Positions 10,211 to 19,466 of a stretch of DNA of 32,000 nt are shown here, piece by piece (the first letter of the stretch is position 1; each line of letters opens with the position of its first letter). The notes under the pieces were generated by a model. The model saw only the letters and a program-made list of their open reading frames with translations. It did no database searches and was not told where the DNA came from. Source of the stretch: an uncultured Actinomycetes bacterium (GTDB lineage: Bacteria; Actinomycetota; Actinomycetes; S36-B12; CAIYMF01); contig CAWJMG010000003.1 of assembly GCA_963843975.1 (NCBI GenBank), positions 2,220,001 to 2,252,000 on the forward strand. Direction: 5' to 3'. A program made the translations under genes and the position numbers.

Positions 10211-12693
10211 GCCGCACCTCCAGCGATCCGGACGACGTCGCCGTGACCTGCGCCGAGGGTGGCGCGGGGCGTGGAGCCGTCGGAGTTGGCCGGGAGCCAC
10301 ACGACGCCGTCAGGCATCGCGGTGACCACCACGGGGAGCGTCAGCGAGCCGGCGTCGGTGGAGACGGTGAGCTCGCCGCCGTCGACCGCGCCGACACCCT
10401 GGGCCGTCGAGGGCGAGATGCGCGCGACCGCCGTACGGGCCGTGGCGGACAGGAACGGGTCGCCCTCCTGCAGGAGGCCGTGGTCGAGCAGCTGGCGCCA
10501 GGTGGCGAGCACTGCCTCGCCAGCACCGGGCTCAGCGGCCGGCTCGGCGGCGACACTCGGCGCCTCGGCGCGCTCGCCGTCCCAGGCGCCGATGGCCGCG
10601 AGCTCGGCGCGCAGCGACGCGACGTCGCCCCGGCCGAACGCGACGTCGGCCTCGTCGGCCAGCATGGCGAGCACGCGGGCGTCGGACAGCGCGAGCGAGC
10701 TCGGGAAGACGGCCGCGAACTCGCGCACGCGGCCTTCCCAGTCGAGGAACGTCCCGGCCTTGTCGGCGACCGTGGACACCGGGAGGACGACGTCGGCGAG
10801 CATGGTGACCTCGGAGTGACGCTGCTCGAGCGACACCACGAACGGCACGGACTCGACGGCGGCGAGGAAAGCCGCGGGGTCGGCGAGGTCGGCCGCCTCG
10901 ACGCCGCCCACGAGCAGCGCCTTCACCGTGGTGACGACCTCGTCGGTGTCGGTGGCCGACGCGAGGGCGGCGCGGTCAGCCGTGGCCGCCTCGACGACCT
11001 CGGCCAGCGAGCGGCCGGTCTCGGCGGGCAGCGCGTCGGCGTCGACGCCCCAGACCGCAGCGATCTGGGCGCGGGCGGCGGGGTCAGCCAACGGACGGCC
11101 GCCGGGCAGGAGGCCGGCGAGCGCACCGGCGTCGAGCGCACCGCGCTCGCCTGCACGGCGCGGCACCCAGCCGAGGGAGGCGCCGGTGGCTGCGGCGAGA
11201 CGGGCGGCGGCCGAGAGCGCGCCGGCGGACTGCGCGAGGCGCTCGCCGACGAGCAGGACCGAGCCGGGCTGGCGCAGGAGCGACGCGGCGGAGGCGAAGG
11301 CACCGTCGAGGCCGGTCTCGTCTGCGAGCGAGTCGAGCGTGGCCGCCTCGGCGCCCGGCGCGGTCGGGAGGACCGTGCCCTTGGCCTTGGCGACGCCGGA
11401 CGACGCGAACGGTGCGACCGAGAAGATCTTGACGCCCTTGGTGCGGGCGGCCTTGCGCAGGCGCAGGAACACGATGGGCGACTCGTCCTCGGCGTCGAGG
11501 CCCGCGAGCACGACGACCGGGGCGGCCTCGAGGTCGGCGTACGTCGGACCCGTGGGACGACCGGCCACGACGGCGGCGAGGAACGCGGACTCCTCGGCCG
11601 AGGCCGGACGCGCGCGGAAGTCGAGGTCGTCGGTGCCGAGGGCGACACGGGCGAACTTGGCCCACGCGTAGGCGTCCTCGACGGTCAGGCGGCCGCCGGG
11701 GAGCACCGCGGTCGCGGCGCCCGCCGCGGCGAGACCCGCGGCTGCGATCGAGATGGCCTCGGGCCACGAGGCGGTGACGAGCTCACCGGTCTCCTCGTCG
11801 CGGACGAGCGGGTGCTCGATGCGGCCCTCGTGCAGGTGGCCGAAGGCGAATCGTCCCTTGTCGCAGTTCCACTCCTCGTTGACCGCGGGCTCGTCCCAGG
11901 CGAGACGTCGCAGGACCGTCGAGCGACGGACGTCCGTGCGCAGGCCGCAGCCCGAGGCGCAGTGCTCGCAGACGGTGGGGGTGGAGACGAGGTCGAACGG
12001 GCGCGAGCGGAAGCGGTACTTCGCGCTCGTCAGGGCGCCGACCGGGCAGATCTGCACGGTGTTGCCGGAGAAGTACGAGTCGAACGGCTGGTCGGACGAG
12101 ATGCCGACCTGCTGCTGGGCGCCGCGCTCGAGCAGGTCGATGAACGGGTCGCCCGCGATCTGCTCGGCGAAGCGGGTGCAGCGGGCGCAGGACACGCAGC
12201 GCTCGCGGTCGAGCAGGATCTGCGCCGAGACGTTGATCGGCTTGGGGAACGTGCGCTTCACGGCGTCGAAGCGGGTCTCGCCGCGCCCGGCCGACATGGC
12301 CTGGTTCTGCAGCGGGCACTCGCCGCCCTTGTCGCAGACGGGGCAGTCGAGCGGGTGGTTGATGAGGAGGAACTCCATCACGCCCTGCTGCGCCTTCTCG
12401 GCGATCTCGGACGTGACCTGCGTCTTGACCTTCATGCCCTCGGTGGCCGTCATGGCGCACGCGGGCTGCGGCTTGGGCTGGCCCTCGATCTCGACCAGGC
12501 ACATGCGGCAGGCCGCGACCGGGTCGAGGAGCGGGTGGTCGCAGAAGCGGGGCACGGCGATGCCGAGCTGCTCCGCGGCGCGGATCACCAGCGTGCCCTT
12601 GGGCACGACGAGGTCGATGCCGTCGACGGTGATCGTGACGCCGTCGACCGGCGCGGTGACGGGAGCGTTCGGTCCCGAGGAGGTGACGGTCAT
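10207..12693 (-). CDS. nuoG: NADH-quinone oxidoreductase subunit G (75-kDa Fe-S subunit)
   Basis: 828 aa from ATG 12693 ([25 protein letters not shown]...). It has the N-terminal 2Fe-2S motif ([21 protein letters not shown]), [17 protein letters not shown] and [10 protein letters not shown] clusters. The start overlaps the nuoF stop (ATGA). Confidence 0.92.
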   Translation of the reverse strand: MTVTSSGPNAPVTAPVDGVTITVDGIDLVVPKGTLVIRAAEQLGIAVPRFCDHPLLDPVAACRMCLVEIEGQPKPQPACAMTATEGMKVKTQVTSEIAEKAQQGVMEFLLINHPLDCPVCDKGGECPLQNQAMSAGRGETRFDAVKRTFPKPINVSAQILLDRERCVSCARCTRFAEQIAGDPFIDLLERGAQQQVGISSDQPFDSYFSGNTVQICPVGALTSAKYRFRSRPFDLVSTPTVCEHCASGCGLRTDVRRSTVLRRLAWDEPAVNEEWNCDKGRFAFGHLHEGRIEHPLVRDEETGELVTASWPEAISIAAAGLAAAGAATAVLPGGRLTVEDAYAWAKFARVALGTDDLDFRARPASAEESAFLAAVVAGRPTGPTYADLEAAPVVVLAGLDAEDESPIVFLRLRKAARTKGVKIFSVAPFASSGVAKAKGTVLPTAPGAEAATLDSLADETGLDGAFASAASLLRQPGSVLLVGERLAQSAGALSAAARLAAATGASLGWVPRRAGERGALDAGALAGLLPGGRPLADPAARAQIAAVWGVDADALPAETGRSLAEVVEAATADRAALASATDTDEVVTTVKALLVGGVEAADLADPAAFLAAVESVPFVVSLEQRHSEVTMLADVVLPVSTVADKAGTFLDWEGRVREFAAVFPSSLALSDARVLAMLADEADVAFGRGDVASLRAELAAIGAWDGERAEAPSVAAEPAAEPGAGEAVLATWRQLLDHGLLQEGDPFLSATARTAVARISPSTAQGVGAVDGGELTVSTDAGSLTLPVVVTAMPDGVVWLPANSDGSTPRATLGAGHGDVVRIAGGAA

Positions 12694-13995
12694 CGCGCTG
12701 CAGCTCCGGCGAAGACGGTGGCGGCGACCGGGTCGAAGAGCTGGTCGGCCGGGGTGTGGGTCCCCGCGAGGAACTCCTCGCGGAAGTACTTCAGCGCCGG
12801 GGCGTACGGCGTGGACGCCGCATCGCCGAGCGCGCAGAACGAACGGCCCGAGATCTGCTTGCAGATCTCGTCGACGGTGTCGATGTCGGCCTCGGCGGCC
12901 GTGCCGTCCTCGAAGCGGGCGAGCATCTGGTCGAGCCAGAAGGTGCCCTCGCGGCACGGCGTGCACTTGCCGCACGACTCGTGCTTGTAGAAGTGGATCC
13001 AGCGGCTGATCGCGCGCACGACGCTCGTGGTCTCGTCGAACACCATCGGGGTGCCGGTGCCGAGCATCGTGCCGAGGCTCGCCATGTCCTCGTACGTCAG
13101 CGGGGTGTCGAGGTGCTCGGGGAGCAGCATCGGCACGGACGAGCCGCCGGGGATCCAGAACTTGCAGCTCGTGGCCCTCGCGCATGCCGCCGGCGTACTC
13201 GAGCAGCTCGCGCATCGTGGTGCCGAGCGGTGCCTCGTAGATGCCGGGGCGCTGCACGTGGCCGGAGACCGCGAACAGCTTGAAGCCGGGCGACTTCTCG
13301 GTGCCGAACTGCTTGAACCACTCGGCGCCGTTGCGCACGATCGTGGGGATGTTCGCGATCGTCTCGGCGTTGTTGATGACGGTCGGCGAGGCGTAGAGGC
13401 CGGCGACCGCGGGGAACGGCGGCTTCAGGCGCGGCTGGCCGCGGCGGCCCTCGAGCGAGTCGAGGAGCGCGGTCTCCTCGCCGCAGATGTACGCACCGGC
13501 GCCGGAGTGAACGACGATGTCGAGGTCGAAGCCCGAGCCGAGGATGTCCTTGCCGAGGAAGCCGGCGGCGTACGCCTCGCGCACGGCGGCCGTGACGCGG
13601 CGGATGACGTGGGGCACCTCGCCCCGGATGTAGATGAATGCGTAGTTGGCGCGGATCGCGTACGACGCGTGGATGCAGCCCTCCACGAGGGAGTGCGGGT
13701 TGGCCATCATGAGCGGGATGTCCTTGCAGGCACCCGGCTCGGACTCGTCGGCGTTGACCACGAGGTAGTGCGGCTTGCCGTCGTTCTGCGGGACGAAGCC
13801 CCACTTCATGCCGGTCGGGAAGCCCGCGCCTCCGCGGCCGCGGAGGCCGGACTCCTTGACGAGCGCGATGACGTCGTCGGGGTGGACGCCGAACGACACC
13901 GGGACCATGTCGTAGCCGCCGTGGCGGCGGTAGCCCTCGATGGTGTGCGAGTCGGGCTCGTCCCAGTGCGCGGTCAGGATCGGGGTCAGCGGCAC
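12690..13995 (-). pseudogene. nuoF: NADH-quinone oxidoreductase subunit F, interrupted by a single extra base (frameshift) as written
   Basis: The N-terminal 277 codons (GTG 13995 to about 13165) carry [13 protein letters not shown] and ESEPGACKD. The C-terminal 156 codons (13160 to 12690) carry [12 protein letters not shown] and are in a different frame. The junction reads GAG CTG CAA G TTC TGG ATC CCC GGC GGC. The span is 1306 nt, which is 3n+1. Confidence 0.85.
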
Positions 13996-13998
13996 GTC

Positions 13999-14676
13999 TC
14001 AGCCCTCCGTCTTCACGAGCGGCGAGGTGGCGGGCCCGGCCGGTGCGGCCATGCCGTTGGCCTTGGCGTACTCGAGGCCGGCCGTCATCTTGATGTCGGT
14101 GCGGCCCTCGGCGACGAGGCCGTCCTCGAAGCCGGCGAGCGTGCGCTCGATCTCCTCGAAGGTGCCGATGCGCGGGCCGCGGGTCGAGAAGACCTCCTCG
14201 CCCGCCTTGAGCCTCTCGACGACCTCGAGCGCGCGGGGGACGTCCATGTCGTCGAGGAACTCCCAGTTGGCGGTCATGACCGGCGCGTGGGTGCAGGCCG
14301 CCTGGCACTCGATCTTCTCGAGCGAGATGGAGCCGTCGGCGGTGACCTCGTCGTGGCCGACGCCGAGACGCTCGGACAGCGCCGTCCAGATGGCGTCGCC
14401 GCCGAGCACCGCGCAGAGCGTGTTGGTGCAGACACCGACGTGGTAGCGGCCGACCTTGTGGCGCTTGTACATCGTGTAGAACGTCGCGACGGCGGCGACC
14501 TCGGCGGTGGTGAGGTCGAGGACCTCGGCGCACAGCGCGATGCCCGCGGGCGTGACCTGACCCTCGGCCGACTGCACGAGGTGCAGCATCGGCAGCAGCG
14601 CCGAGCGGCTCTCGGGGTAGCGCCCCGCGAGCTCAGCCGCGTCGGCGCGGGTCTGCTCCGTCAGTCCTGCGTCCAC
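13999..14676 (-). CDS. nuoE: NADH-quinone oxidoreductase subunit E (24-kDa 2Fe-2S subunit)
   Basis: 225 aa with SALLPMLHLVQ and the cluster-binding cysteines (CTNTLC ... ECQAAC). GTG start at 14676. The stop lies 3 nt before the nuoF start. Confidence 0.92.
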   Translation of the reverse strand: MDAGLTEQTRADAAELAGRYPESRSALLPMLHLVQSAEGQVTPAGIALCAEVLDLTTAEVAAVATFYTMYKRHKVGRYHVGVCTNTLCAVLGGDAIWTALSERLGVGHDEVTADGSISLEKIECQAACTHAPVMTANWEFLDDMDVPRALEVVERLKAGEEVFSTRGPRIGTFEEIERTLAGFEDGLVAEGRTDIKMTAGLEYAKANGMAAPAGPATSPLVKTEG

Positions 14677-14728
14677 TGTCTTCTCTCTCGCCTCGTCCGT
14701 CGTTGTTCCGTGCCGTGTGACGACCGCG

Positions 14729-16102
14729 TCAGCGGTCGACGCCGCCCATAACAGGGTCGATCGACGCGACCGCGCCGATCACGTCGGCCACCTGGCCGCC
14801 CTCGCACATCGCCGCCGTCGCCTGCAGGTTGTTGAACGACGGGTCGCGGAAGTGCACGCGGTACGGCCGGTTGCTGCCGTCGCTGACCACGTGCACCCCG
14901 AGGGCGCCGCGCGGCGCCTCGATGAAGGAGAACGCCTGGCCGGCCGGGACGTGGAAGCCCTCGGTGACCAGCTTGAAGTGGTGGATCAGCGCCTCCATCG
15001 ACTCGCCCATGATGTGGCGGATGTGGTCGAGGGAGTTGCCCATGCCGTCGCTGCCGATGACGAGCTGGCTCGGCCAGCCGATCTTCTTGTCCTCGATCAT
15101 CACCGGGCCCGGCGTCTTCTCGAGCAGCGTGCAGGCCTGGCGGATGATCTTCTTGGACTCGTCCAGCTCGCGCAGGCGGATGAGGAACCGGCCGTACACA
15201 TCGCCGGTCGTCTCGGTCGGCACCTCGAAGTCGAACTGGTCGTAGCCGAAGTACGGCTCGCTCTTGCGGATGTCGTAGGGCAGGCCGGCCGAGCGCAGCA
15301 CGGGGCCGGTGATCCCGAGGGCCATGCAGCCGGCGAGGTCGAGGACCCCGATGCCGACCGTGCGGTCCTTCCAGACGCCGTTGTCGACGAGCAGCTGCGG
15401 GACGCCGTCGAGCTGGCGGTCGAGCTTGTCCATCGCGGCGCGGATGTCGCGGACGCCGCCCTCGGGCATGTCCTGCGCGACGCCGCCGGGGCGGATGTAC
15501 GCGTGGTTCATGCGCAGGCCGGTGATCATCTCGAGCAGATCGAGGGTGAGCTCGCGGTCGCGGAAGCCGTTGGTCATCGCGGTGAGCGCGCCCATCTCGA
15601 AGCCGCCCGTGGCGAGCGCGACGAGGTGCGACCCCATGCGGTTGAGCTCAAGGGTGATGACGCGCATCAGCTGCGCACGCTCGGGCACCTTGTCGACGAT
15701 GCCGAGCAGCTGCTCCACCGCGAGGCAGTAGCCGGCCTCGTTGGCGATCGGCGCGAGGTAGTCCATGCGCGTGACGTAGGGGACGGCCTGCACCCAGGTG
15801 CGGTACTCGAGGTTCTTCTCGATGCCGGTGTGGAGGTAGCCGATGCCGCAGCGGGCCTCGGTGATGACCTCCCCCTCCATCTCGAGGATGAGGCGCAGCA
15901 CGCCATGGGTCGACGGGTGCTGGGGACCCATGTTGACGACGACGCGCTCCTTGACGCCGGACTCCGGTGCGAGCACCTCGTCCCAGTCGCCACCGGTGAC
16001 GGTGTAGACGCGCCCCTCGGTCGTGTCGTAGGCCCCCGCCTCGACGCCCTCGGTCTCGCCGAGGATGTCCTCGAACGGCGCCTCGTAGGTGATGTCGGCC
16101 AT
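14729..16102 (-). CDS. nuoD: NADH-quinone oxidoreductase subunit D (49-kDa subunit)
   Basis: 457 aa from ATG 16102 ([16 protein letters not shown]...[22 protein letters not shown]). The start overlaps the nuoC stop (ATGA). The 576-aa track ORF is an out-of-frame extension through nuoC. Confidence 0.92.
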   Translation of the reverse strand: MADITYEAPFEDILGETEGVEAGAYDTTEGRVYTVTGGDWDEVLAPESGVKERVVVNMGPQHPSTHGVLRLILEMEGEVITEARCGIGYLHTGIEKNLEYRTWVQAVPYVTRMDYLAPIANEAGYCLAVEQLLGIVDKVPERAQLMRVITLELNRMGSHLVALATGGFEMGALTAMTNGFRDRELTLDLLEMITGLRMNHAYIRPGGVAQDMPEGGVRDIRAAMDKLDRQLDGVPQLLVDNGVWKDRTVGIGVLDLAGCMALGITGPVLRSAGLPYDIRKSEPYFGYDQFDFEVPTETTGDVYGRFLIRLRELDESKKIIRQACTLLEKTPGPVMIEDKKIGWPSQLVIGSDGMGNSLDHIRHIMGESMEALIHHFKLVTEGFHVPAGQAFSFIEAPRGALGVHVVSDGSNRPYRVHFRDPSFNNLQATAAMCEGGQVADVIGAVASIDPVMGGVDR

Positions 16103-16825
16103 CAGGTGTACGACCTCCGCGTGTCGGGCGGCGGGATGGTGGCGCCCTTGTACTCCACCGGGATCCCGCCGAGCGGGTAGTCCTTGCGCTGCGGGAAGCC
16201 GTACCAGTCGTCCGGCATGAGGATGCGGGTGAGACCGGGGTGCCCGTCGAAGACGATGCCGAACATGTCGAACGCCTCGCGCTCGTGCCAGTCGTCGGCC
16301 GGGTAGACCGAGACGATGCTGGGCACGTGCGGGTGCTCGGCCGGGGCGGACACCTCGACGCGGATGCGGCGGTTGAACGTGACCGACTGGAAGTGCCACA
16401 CCGCGTGGAACTCCGCGCCCGTCATGTGCGGGTAGTGGACGCCGGAGACGCCGAGGCACATCTCGAAGCGCAGCGCCGACTCGTCGCGCAGGCGCTGGAC
16501 GAAGGCCAGCAGGTGCTCGGGGCGCACGTGGAAGGTGATCTCGCCGTTGGAGATCACGGTCGCCGCGACGGCCGCGTCGTACGAGAGGCCGTCCTCCTGG
16601 AGCGCGAGGTCGAGCTCGTCGGCGACCTCGTCGTACCAGCCGCCGAACGGGCGCGGGCTGGGCGACGGGAACTCGATGGTGCGGACGAGGCCTCCGAAGC
16701 CGGAGGTGTCACCGGTGCCCGAGCCTCCGAAGAGGCCGGCCCGGACGTCGACGACCGGGAGGGTCGGGACGTCGGCCGGGACGACCGGGACGATCCCAGC
16801 GGTGTTGTCGTGGAGGCTCGGTCAC
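16102..16825 (-). pseudogene. nuoC: NADH-quinone oxidoreductase subunit C (30-kDa subunit); the 5' end is disrupted, with no in-frame canonical start for the conserved N-terminal third
   Basis: The conserved C-terminal two thirds ([17 protein letters not shown]...GGIPVEYKG) are intact from 16557. The same frame stays open upstream and encodes conserved NuoC sequence ([38 protein letters not shown]), but it has no ATG, GTG or TTG back to the nuoB TGA. The coupled GTG at 16825 is one base out of frame. The span is 724 nt, which is 3n+1. Confidence 0.7.
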
Positions 16826-17376
16826 CGCAGCAGACCCTTCATCTCGGAGGTCGGGGTGGCGACCAGGGCCGCCTCCTCGAGCTCGGTGATCTGGTTCTGG
16901 CGGTTGATGCCGAGCTTGGTCTGACGCGACTTCTCGTGGATCTGCATGATCGCGTCGAGGAGCATCTCCGGGCGGGGCGGGCAGCCGGGGAGGTAGACGT
17001 CGACCGGCACGATGTGGTCGACGCCCTGGACGATCGCGTAGTTGTTGAACATGCCGCCGCTGGAGGCGCAGACGCCCATCGCGAGCACGAACTTCGGGTT
17101 GGGCATCTGGTCGTAGATCTGGCGCACGATCGGGGCCATCTTCTGGCTCACGCGACCGGCGACGATCATGAGGTCGGCGTGCCGCGGGGAGCCACGGAAG
17201 ACCTCCATGCCGAAGCGGGCGAGGTCGTAGCGCGGGCCGCCCGTCGACATCATCTCGATCGAGCAGCAGGCGAGGCCGAACGTGGCGGGCCACATCGACC
17301 CGGCGCGGCCGTAGCCGGCGAGCTTCTCGACGGTGGTGAGCAGGATGCCGCTCGGGAGGCTCTCCTCGAGTCCCAT
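16822..17376 (-). CDS. nuoB: NADH-quinone oxidoreductase subunit B (20-kDa, N2 cluster)
   Basis: 184 aa with [15 protein letters not shown] and LPGCPPRPE cysteine motifs and the C-terminus EMKGLLR. AAGGAGGG lies upstream of ATG 17376. Confidence 0.93.
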   Translation of the reverse strand: MGLEESLPSGILLTTVEKLAGYGRAGSMWPATFGLACCSIEMMSTGGPRYDLARFGMEVFRGSPRHADLMIVAGRVSQKMAPIVRQIYDQMPNPKFVLAMGVCASSGGMFNNYAIVQGVDHIVPVDVYLPGCPPRPEMLLDAIMQIHEKSRQTKLGINRQNQITELEEAALVATPTSEMKGLLR

Positions 17377-17441
17377 GTCCTAGCCCTCCTTGACGACGGT
17401 GAGTGCGGGGTGCGTGCTGGTGCTGAGGTCGACCTGGACCG

Positions 17442-17804
17442 TCAGTCCCATTCGAGCCCGCCCCGACGCCAGACGTACCCGTAGACCACGAGGACGGTCA
17501 CGATGAACAGCGCCATCTCGATCAGCCCGAACAGCGCCAGCTGGTCGAAGGCGACCGCGAACGGGTAGAGGAACACGATCTCGATGTCGAAGACGATGAA
17601 GAGCATCGCCGTCAGGTAGTAGCGGACCGGGAACCGGCCGCCGCCGATGGGCTGCGGGGTGGGGTCGATGCCGCACTCGTAGGAGTCGAGCCGGGCCCGG
17701 TTGTAGCGCCGCGGGCCGATGACGACGGGCGCGAACACGGCGAACAGGCCGAAGGCGAGTCCGAGGATGCCGAGGATCAGGATCGGGAGGTAGACCTCGC
17801 CCAC
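17442..17804 (-). CDS. nuoA: NADH-quinone oxidoreductase subunit A
   Basis: 120-aa protein with three TM helices (YECGIDP...RFPVRYYLTAMLFIVFDIEIVFLYP). It is the first gene of the operon, with a GTG start at 17804. Confidence 0.92.
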   Translation of the reverse strand: MGEVYLPILILGILGLAFGLFAVFAPVVIGPRRYNRARLDSYECGIDPTPQPIGGGRFPVRYYLTAMLFIVFDIEIVFLYPFAVAFDQLALFGLIEMALFIVTVLVVYGYVWRRGGLEWD

Positions 17805-18092
17805 GTCTCATGCCCCTTCTCTATCGCCCCGCTCTCGCCGGGCTGCCGATCTCAAATCTTGTGAATCCTAGTGGTGTCCGCATGACCCTCGGACGCGGGC
17901 GGTCAGGCTGTCGTGGAGGCCCCGGCCAAGCGGTGCGGGGGCCGGTCGGGCTGCTCGTCGCGTCGCGCCTCACGGGGGTCGGCGCACAGCGGAGCGACGC
18001 CGACCGGGAGCGCGTCGGCGTCGTACGGGAGTGGGGACTGCGTGATCACAGGCGTCGAGGATCCTCGTGGGTCGAGACGAACGCACGTGCGC

Positions 18093-18110
18093 TTGTGAAT
18101 TCGTTCACGA
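18093..18110. promoter_or_regulatory. Candidate Rex (redox-sensing repressor) operator in the nuoA / collagen-like gene divergent intergenic region
   Basis: TTGTGAA-TTCG-TTCACGA matches the published Rex operator consensus TTGTGAA-N4-TTCACAA at 13 of 14 specified positions. It lies 289 nt upstream of the nuoA start codon, and nuo is a recognised Rex target class. No rex gene is in the window. Confidence 0.45.
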
Positions 18111-18360
18111 GCGCAGCCGTACTGTACCCCGCGAGCGCCGCCGATCCGACCGTGTCCGGCTGATGGCCCTCGGCCTCCGGCGGCCCGCCGGGGCGATCCG
18201 GGGCGGGGAAATCCATCGCGTGGATTCACGCCGATGTCCTGCATGAGGGTGACAGCGCTCGTCCGGACCGCGTGCCGGAGCGGATGACCCCGGTCGGGAG
18301 TTCGACCGGTTCTGCCCGCTCGGCGCGAGACCCGCCTCCGGTCCGCAGTGCCCTGATGGC

Positions 18361-19266
18361 ATGACCACCGCCGACCCCCGCTGCTCCTCCCCCGTCGACC
18401 GGTCCCGGCCGTCGCACCGCGACCGTGCCGGACGCCGTACCCGCGCCGTCCTCCTCGTGCCCGCCCTGGCCGGCGCCCTCCTCGTGGGCGGCGTCGTGGT
18501 GGCGGACGCCGCGACGAGCACGACCGCGCTCACGGTGTGCCTGAAGCGCGGCGCCGAGCTGATGGCGCCGACCAGCAGCGGCCGGTGCCCGGCCGGATAC
18601 ACGCTGACCCGGGTGACCGGCGCGCGCGGCCCGGCCGGCGCGGTGGGAGCCGCGGGCAGGGACGGCGCGACCGGCGCGACCGGGGCGGCGGGTCCGGCCG
18701 GGCCCGCCGGGCCGACCGGGGCGGCAGGCGCCGCCGGTGCCACGGGGCCCGCGGGTACCGCCGGGATCCCGGGGGCGACCGGGCCGACCGGGCCGACCGG
18801 GCCTGCCGGCGAGCCGGGGCAGCAGGGATCTGCCGGGCCCACCGGGGCGACGGGCCCCGCGGGCGCGGACGGCACCGGGCCGGCCTGGCTCGACACCGGG
18901 GACGCCACCGTCTACACCGCGAGTGACTCCCACACGCTGGCCGGCGTGACCCTCCCCGCCGGCACCTATGTCCTGAGCGCGTCGGTGTTCGTGAACGAAG
19001 CGGTGCCCTTCGAGACCGTGGCCACCATTCAATGCTCAGTTGTTGTGGCTGGGGACGACCAGGTGCTGACGCCCCCGTTCCCGACCGTTGCGTCGCCGCA
19101 GGTCCACTTGATCCAGGACATGATCACGCTCCCGACCGCCGTTGTGTCCGTGAGCGGCGCCACGAGTCCAGTCAGCCTGGGCTGCGCTGTCGAGGACGAA
19201 GGCGGCGGCTTCACGCTCACCGGGACCGTGCTGGCGACCCGGGTCTCGAGCGCCACCGTCACCTGA
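18361..19266 (+). CDS. Secreted collagen-like triple-helix repeat protein: signal peptide, Cys-bracketed short motif, (Gly-X-Y)29, and a ~125-aa non-repetitive C-terminal domain
   Basis: 301 aa. The N-terminal ...[30 protein letters not shown] resembles a twin-arginine or Sec signal. It is followed by [23 protein letters not shown], then 29 uninterrupted G-X-Y triplets (aa 87-173), then a beta-rich tail ending ...[15 protein letters not shown]. Confidence 0.8.
   Translation: MTTADPRCSSPVDRSRPSHRDRAGRRTRAVLLVPALAGALLVGGVVVADAATSTTALTVCLKRGAELMAPTSSGRCPAGYTLTRVTGARGPAGAVGAAGRDGATGATGAAGPAGPAGPTGAAGAAGATGPAGTAGIPGATGPTGPTGPAGEPGQQGSAGPTGATGPAGADGTGPAWLDTGDATVYTASDSHTLAGVTLPAGTYVLSASVFVNEAVPFETVATIQCSVVVAGDDQVLTPPFPTVASPQVHLIQDMITLPTAVVSVSGATSPVSLGCAVEDEGGGFTLTGTVLATRVSSATVT
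18619..18879 (+). repeat. Coding tandem repeat with 9-nt/3-codon periodicity: 29 consecutive Gly-X-Y triplets rich in GPA, GPT, GAT and GAA
   Basis: Direct reading gives [87 protein letters not shown]. The repeat also produces long Pro/Ala-rich ORFs on the opposite strand. Confidence 0.9.
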
Positions 19267-19296
19267 GCACGGACCCCTGCACCCCACCGCCGACCC

Positions 19297-19313
19297 CGCC
19301 TCCGGCGGAGGCG
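19297..19313 (+). terminator. Possible GC-rich hairpin downstream of the collagen-like gene
   Basis: The palindrome CGCCTCCG-G-CGGAGGCG lies 30 nt after the stop at 19266. There is no U-tract, so the call is weak. Confidence 0.25.
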
Positions 19314-19466
19314 ACGGGCAGCCCGCACCGCGCCCCCCGCTGCCCGCCGCTCCCGCCGGGGGCGGGGCCGCCCGGGCCCGGCGGAACGGCCTTCGGCGCA
19401 TGACGTGCGACACGTCCACGCCTCGTCGGGCTGCCGACCGACGCCCGTGGCCCTAGCCTGAAACGC

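Noticed and set aside
10207-13995. A 1262-aa ORF that looks like a natural NuoF-NuoG fusion protein
   Set aside because: The ~150 residues joining the two parts are Arg/Pro/His-rich out-of-frame translation of the real NuoF C-terminus. That C-terminus is present intact in another frame (12690-13160) and ends with the usual ATGA overlap onto the nuoG ATG at 12693. The fusion is a by-product of the single-base frameshift.
2050-17804. Pervasive 4-nt ATGA/GTGA stop-start overlaps through the nuo operon, and again in ccs (28935-31357) and menC/menD
   Set aside because: They are real, and useful for fixing start codons. But this is ordinary translational coupling in high-GC actinobacterial operons, not a novel signal.
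17859-17876. Second possible Rex operator close to the nuoA start (TTGTGAA-TCCT-AGTGGTG)
   Set aside because: Only one half-site matches. The second half shows no resemblance to TTCACAA. It is mentioned as a half-site only, not called as a feature.
17810-18244. ORFs of 117 aa (+), 61 aa (+) and 113 aa (-) in the nuoA upstream intergenic region
   Set aside because: There is no SD or recognisable motif. Third-position G/C enrichment is similar in several overlapping frames, so it is not discriminating. The region is better explained as a promoter, leader and operator region for the divergent genes.
18619-18879. Short-period repeat that could be mistaken for a CRISPR or other non-coding tandem array
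   Set aside because: The periodicity is 9 nt (three codons) and lies within an open reading frame encoding Gly-X-Y. There is no repeat-spacer organisation and no cas genes.
18105-19032. Minus-strand Pro/Ala/Gly-rich ORFs (267 and 268 aa) overlapping the collagen-like gene
   Set aside because: They are the reverse-complement reading of the GGN-NNN-NNN repeat. They lack a signal peptide or non-repetitive domains, whereas the plus-strand product has a signal peptide, a regular G-X-Y register and a folded-looking C-terminal domain.
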